Origin: Trueperaceae bacterium
GTDB taxonomy: Bacteria; Deinococcota; Deinococci; Deinococcales; Trueperaceae
Direction of reading: 5' to 3'
Length of the DNA: 64,000 nucleotides
Assembly (NCBI GenBank): GCA_965214405.1
Contig: OZ243956.1
Coordinates: forward strand, 3,488,001-3,552,000
Made by a program: the position numbers and the translations under genes
The notes under the pieces: model-generated
What the model saw: the letters and a program-made list of their open reading frames with translations, nothing else
Told to the model about the DNA's origin: nothing
Databases searched by the model: none
Shown here: piece by piece, positions 62,641 through 64,000 of the stretch
How positions within the stretch are numbered: the stretch's first letter is position 1
How the letters are laid out: each line of letters starts with the position of its first letter

Positions 62641-63234
62641 CTACTCAGCGTTGGAGGCAAAAAAGCGCACGTTGAGTTCTAGGGTGTCCGCGACGCGGTT
62701 GGGCGCGGGGCGGTCGATGCCGAAGTCGCTCAGCACCACGGGAAAAGTGGTTTGCACGGCGACGACGTCGCCCTCGAGCCGCGCGGCCGCCGTTTCCTCG
62801 CTCGCGGGCAAGTAGCGCACGGTCGCGGGCGCGCTCACCGTCACGGTCGCGCCGCTCATCGTGAGAGGGCCGCTTACCTGGTAAGTGTCGCCCTCGAGAT
62901 GTTCAACGCTCTCTATTTCGAAGCGGATTTCAGGGTACGCGTTAAAGTTGAGCCAGTTCTCGCTCCGCATGTGACCGTTACGCTCTTCGACACCCGTGTC
63001 GATGGTGGTGCCGTCAACCACGAGAAAGCCCGAACCGGTCTGCGCCTCCGGGTCAAAGGTGATTTCGCCCGTGATGACCGTGGTGGTGCCGATAAAGTCT
63101 TCGAAATCGGTACTCGACTGAACGGTAACCTGCTGGCGCGGCGCGGTGCCGCCCGCGCCGAGCAAGAACCTTTCGCCCTGGGCCGCCGCGAGAGAGAAAA
63201 CGAGAGCGAAAGATGCAAAAAGTATGGTTTTCAT
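62641..63234 (-). CDS. YceI-family lipid/polyisoprenoid-binding protein
   Basis: Signal peptide, IDTGVEERNGHMRS..YPEIRF, LSDFGI. Confidence 0.85.
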   Translation of the reverse strand: MKTILFASFALVFSLAAAQGERFLLGAGGTAPRQQVTVQSSTDFEDFIGTTTVITGEITFDPEAQTGSGFLVVDGTTIDTGVEERNGHMRSENWLNFNAYPEIRFEIESVEHLEGDTYQVSGPLTMSGATVTVSAPATVRYLPASEETAAARLEGDVVAVQTTFPVVLSDFGIDRPAPNRVADTLELNVRFFASNAE

Positions 63235-63495
63235 AAGTGAACTCCTTTGTTGAAGTTGTGCTTTTTGTGGCGCACCCTTCTAGGTATAGGCGCAGTGTAT
63301 CGGGTTTGTTCGTTAAACAGACGACGCAAGGGGTTAGGCGGTAAAGCCGGGTGGTGAGCCACCCGTTACGTAGAGTTCTCGACCTGCTCCGTTACCAGCG
63401 TGAATACCAGCGTGAATACCAACGCAAAAGGGCACGCTCGAGCCCACGGTTTAGGACACCTTATCAGGTCAGGCCCGTCAACGTCGGCGGCGCTC

Positions 63496-63537
63496 CTTAA
63501 CTTCCCTTAACTTCGCCTGACATTCCCTCGTTAGGGT
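63496..63537 (+). promoter_or_regulatory. Pho-box-like direct repeats plus -10
   Basis: CTTAACTT, CTTAACTT, CTGACATT at 10-11 bp spacing, then TAGGGT. Confidence 0.45.
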
Positions 63538-63625
63538 GAAAGCGTCCGTGGCCCGTGGGCCGACTCGCCAATGATTGCCAATCATTCTGTTGCCAATCGT
63601 TTTACTGCCATTCAAGGAGGAGACC

Positions 63626-64000
63626 GTGCAACGACCGCTGTTTTTGATTTTAGCCTTCGTTTTAGCTTTTTCTTTAGACGTGTCTGCGGCGCAATCCGCC
63701 CAGGAAACCCCCGAGCCCGCCCTGCTCACTGACCCCTTTTTACAACTGCCCACCGAGGACGCGGTGCGGGTGGTGTGGTTTACCGAGTTTGAGGGCGCAG
63801 GGCACTTCGTACTCTACGGGGAAGAGTTGGACGCGCGCGCCGAGGCCGACACCACCAAGCTGAGCCGCGTCGCTGAGGATAAAGATTCGCGCGTGCCCGG
63901 GGAGATGGAGGAGACCAGCGAGCAAAGCGAGCCGGTCTTTGAGGGCTACACCCCCCGCGACGTGTGGCGCCACGAGGCGGTAGTGACGGGGCTTACGGGC
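63626..64000 (+). CDS. secreted metallophosphoesterase/purple-acid-phosphatase-like protein, N-terminal part
   Basis: AAGGAGG RBS, GTG start, signal peptide, LLTDPFLQLP..VRVVWFTE, WRHEAVVTGL. Truncated by the window end. Confidence 0.65.
   Translation, partial: MQRPLFLILAFVLAFSLDVSAAQSAQETPEPALLTDPFLQLPTEDAVRVVWFTEFEGAGHFVLYGEELDARAEADTTKLSRVAEDKDSRVPGEMEETSEQSEPVFEGYTPRDVWRHEAVVTGLTG

Overview
GC-rich bacterial chromosomal window. It is most likely Deinococcota (Truepera/Meiothermus-like); this is inferred from the protein families, a five-domain S1 and many leaderless-type promoters. Core content: a dipeptide ABC transporter, an ade-guaD-DUF62 purine cluster, uvsE, tlpA-ccdA, a hemC-like gene, rsmD, a MATE pump, a sugar ABC transporter, a long 4-hydroxyphenylacetate (hpa) operon with a Liv-type transporter, tatD, rlpA, trpBA with a Trp leader peptide, uvrA, rpsA, sodC and yceI. 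Accessory content: one IS5-family element, an HNH nuclease, an SMI1/KNR4 protein, and several orphan or decayed toxin-antitoxin genes. Best candidates for new biology: (1) a uvsE-divergent lexA operon with a non-canonical palindromic operator, a Rad52/DdrA-like annealase and two Cys-rich microproteins, with ssrA-like C-termini on three members; (2) a circularly permuted CcdA; (3) an unannotated ~157-nt structured RNA with its own promoter and terminator; (4) a HemC homolog lacking its catalytic residues; (5) strong over-representation of the palindrome CTCGAG; (6) a leader-peptide attenuator controlling two microproteins; (7) an S1 protein with ~450 aa of acidic extensions. No rRNA, tRNA or CRISPR array was seen. 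All family calls come from recognising motifs by eye, with no database searches.
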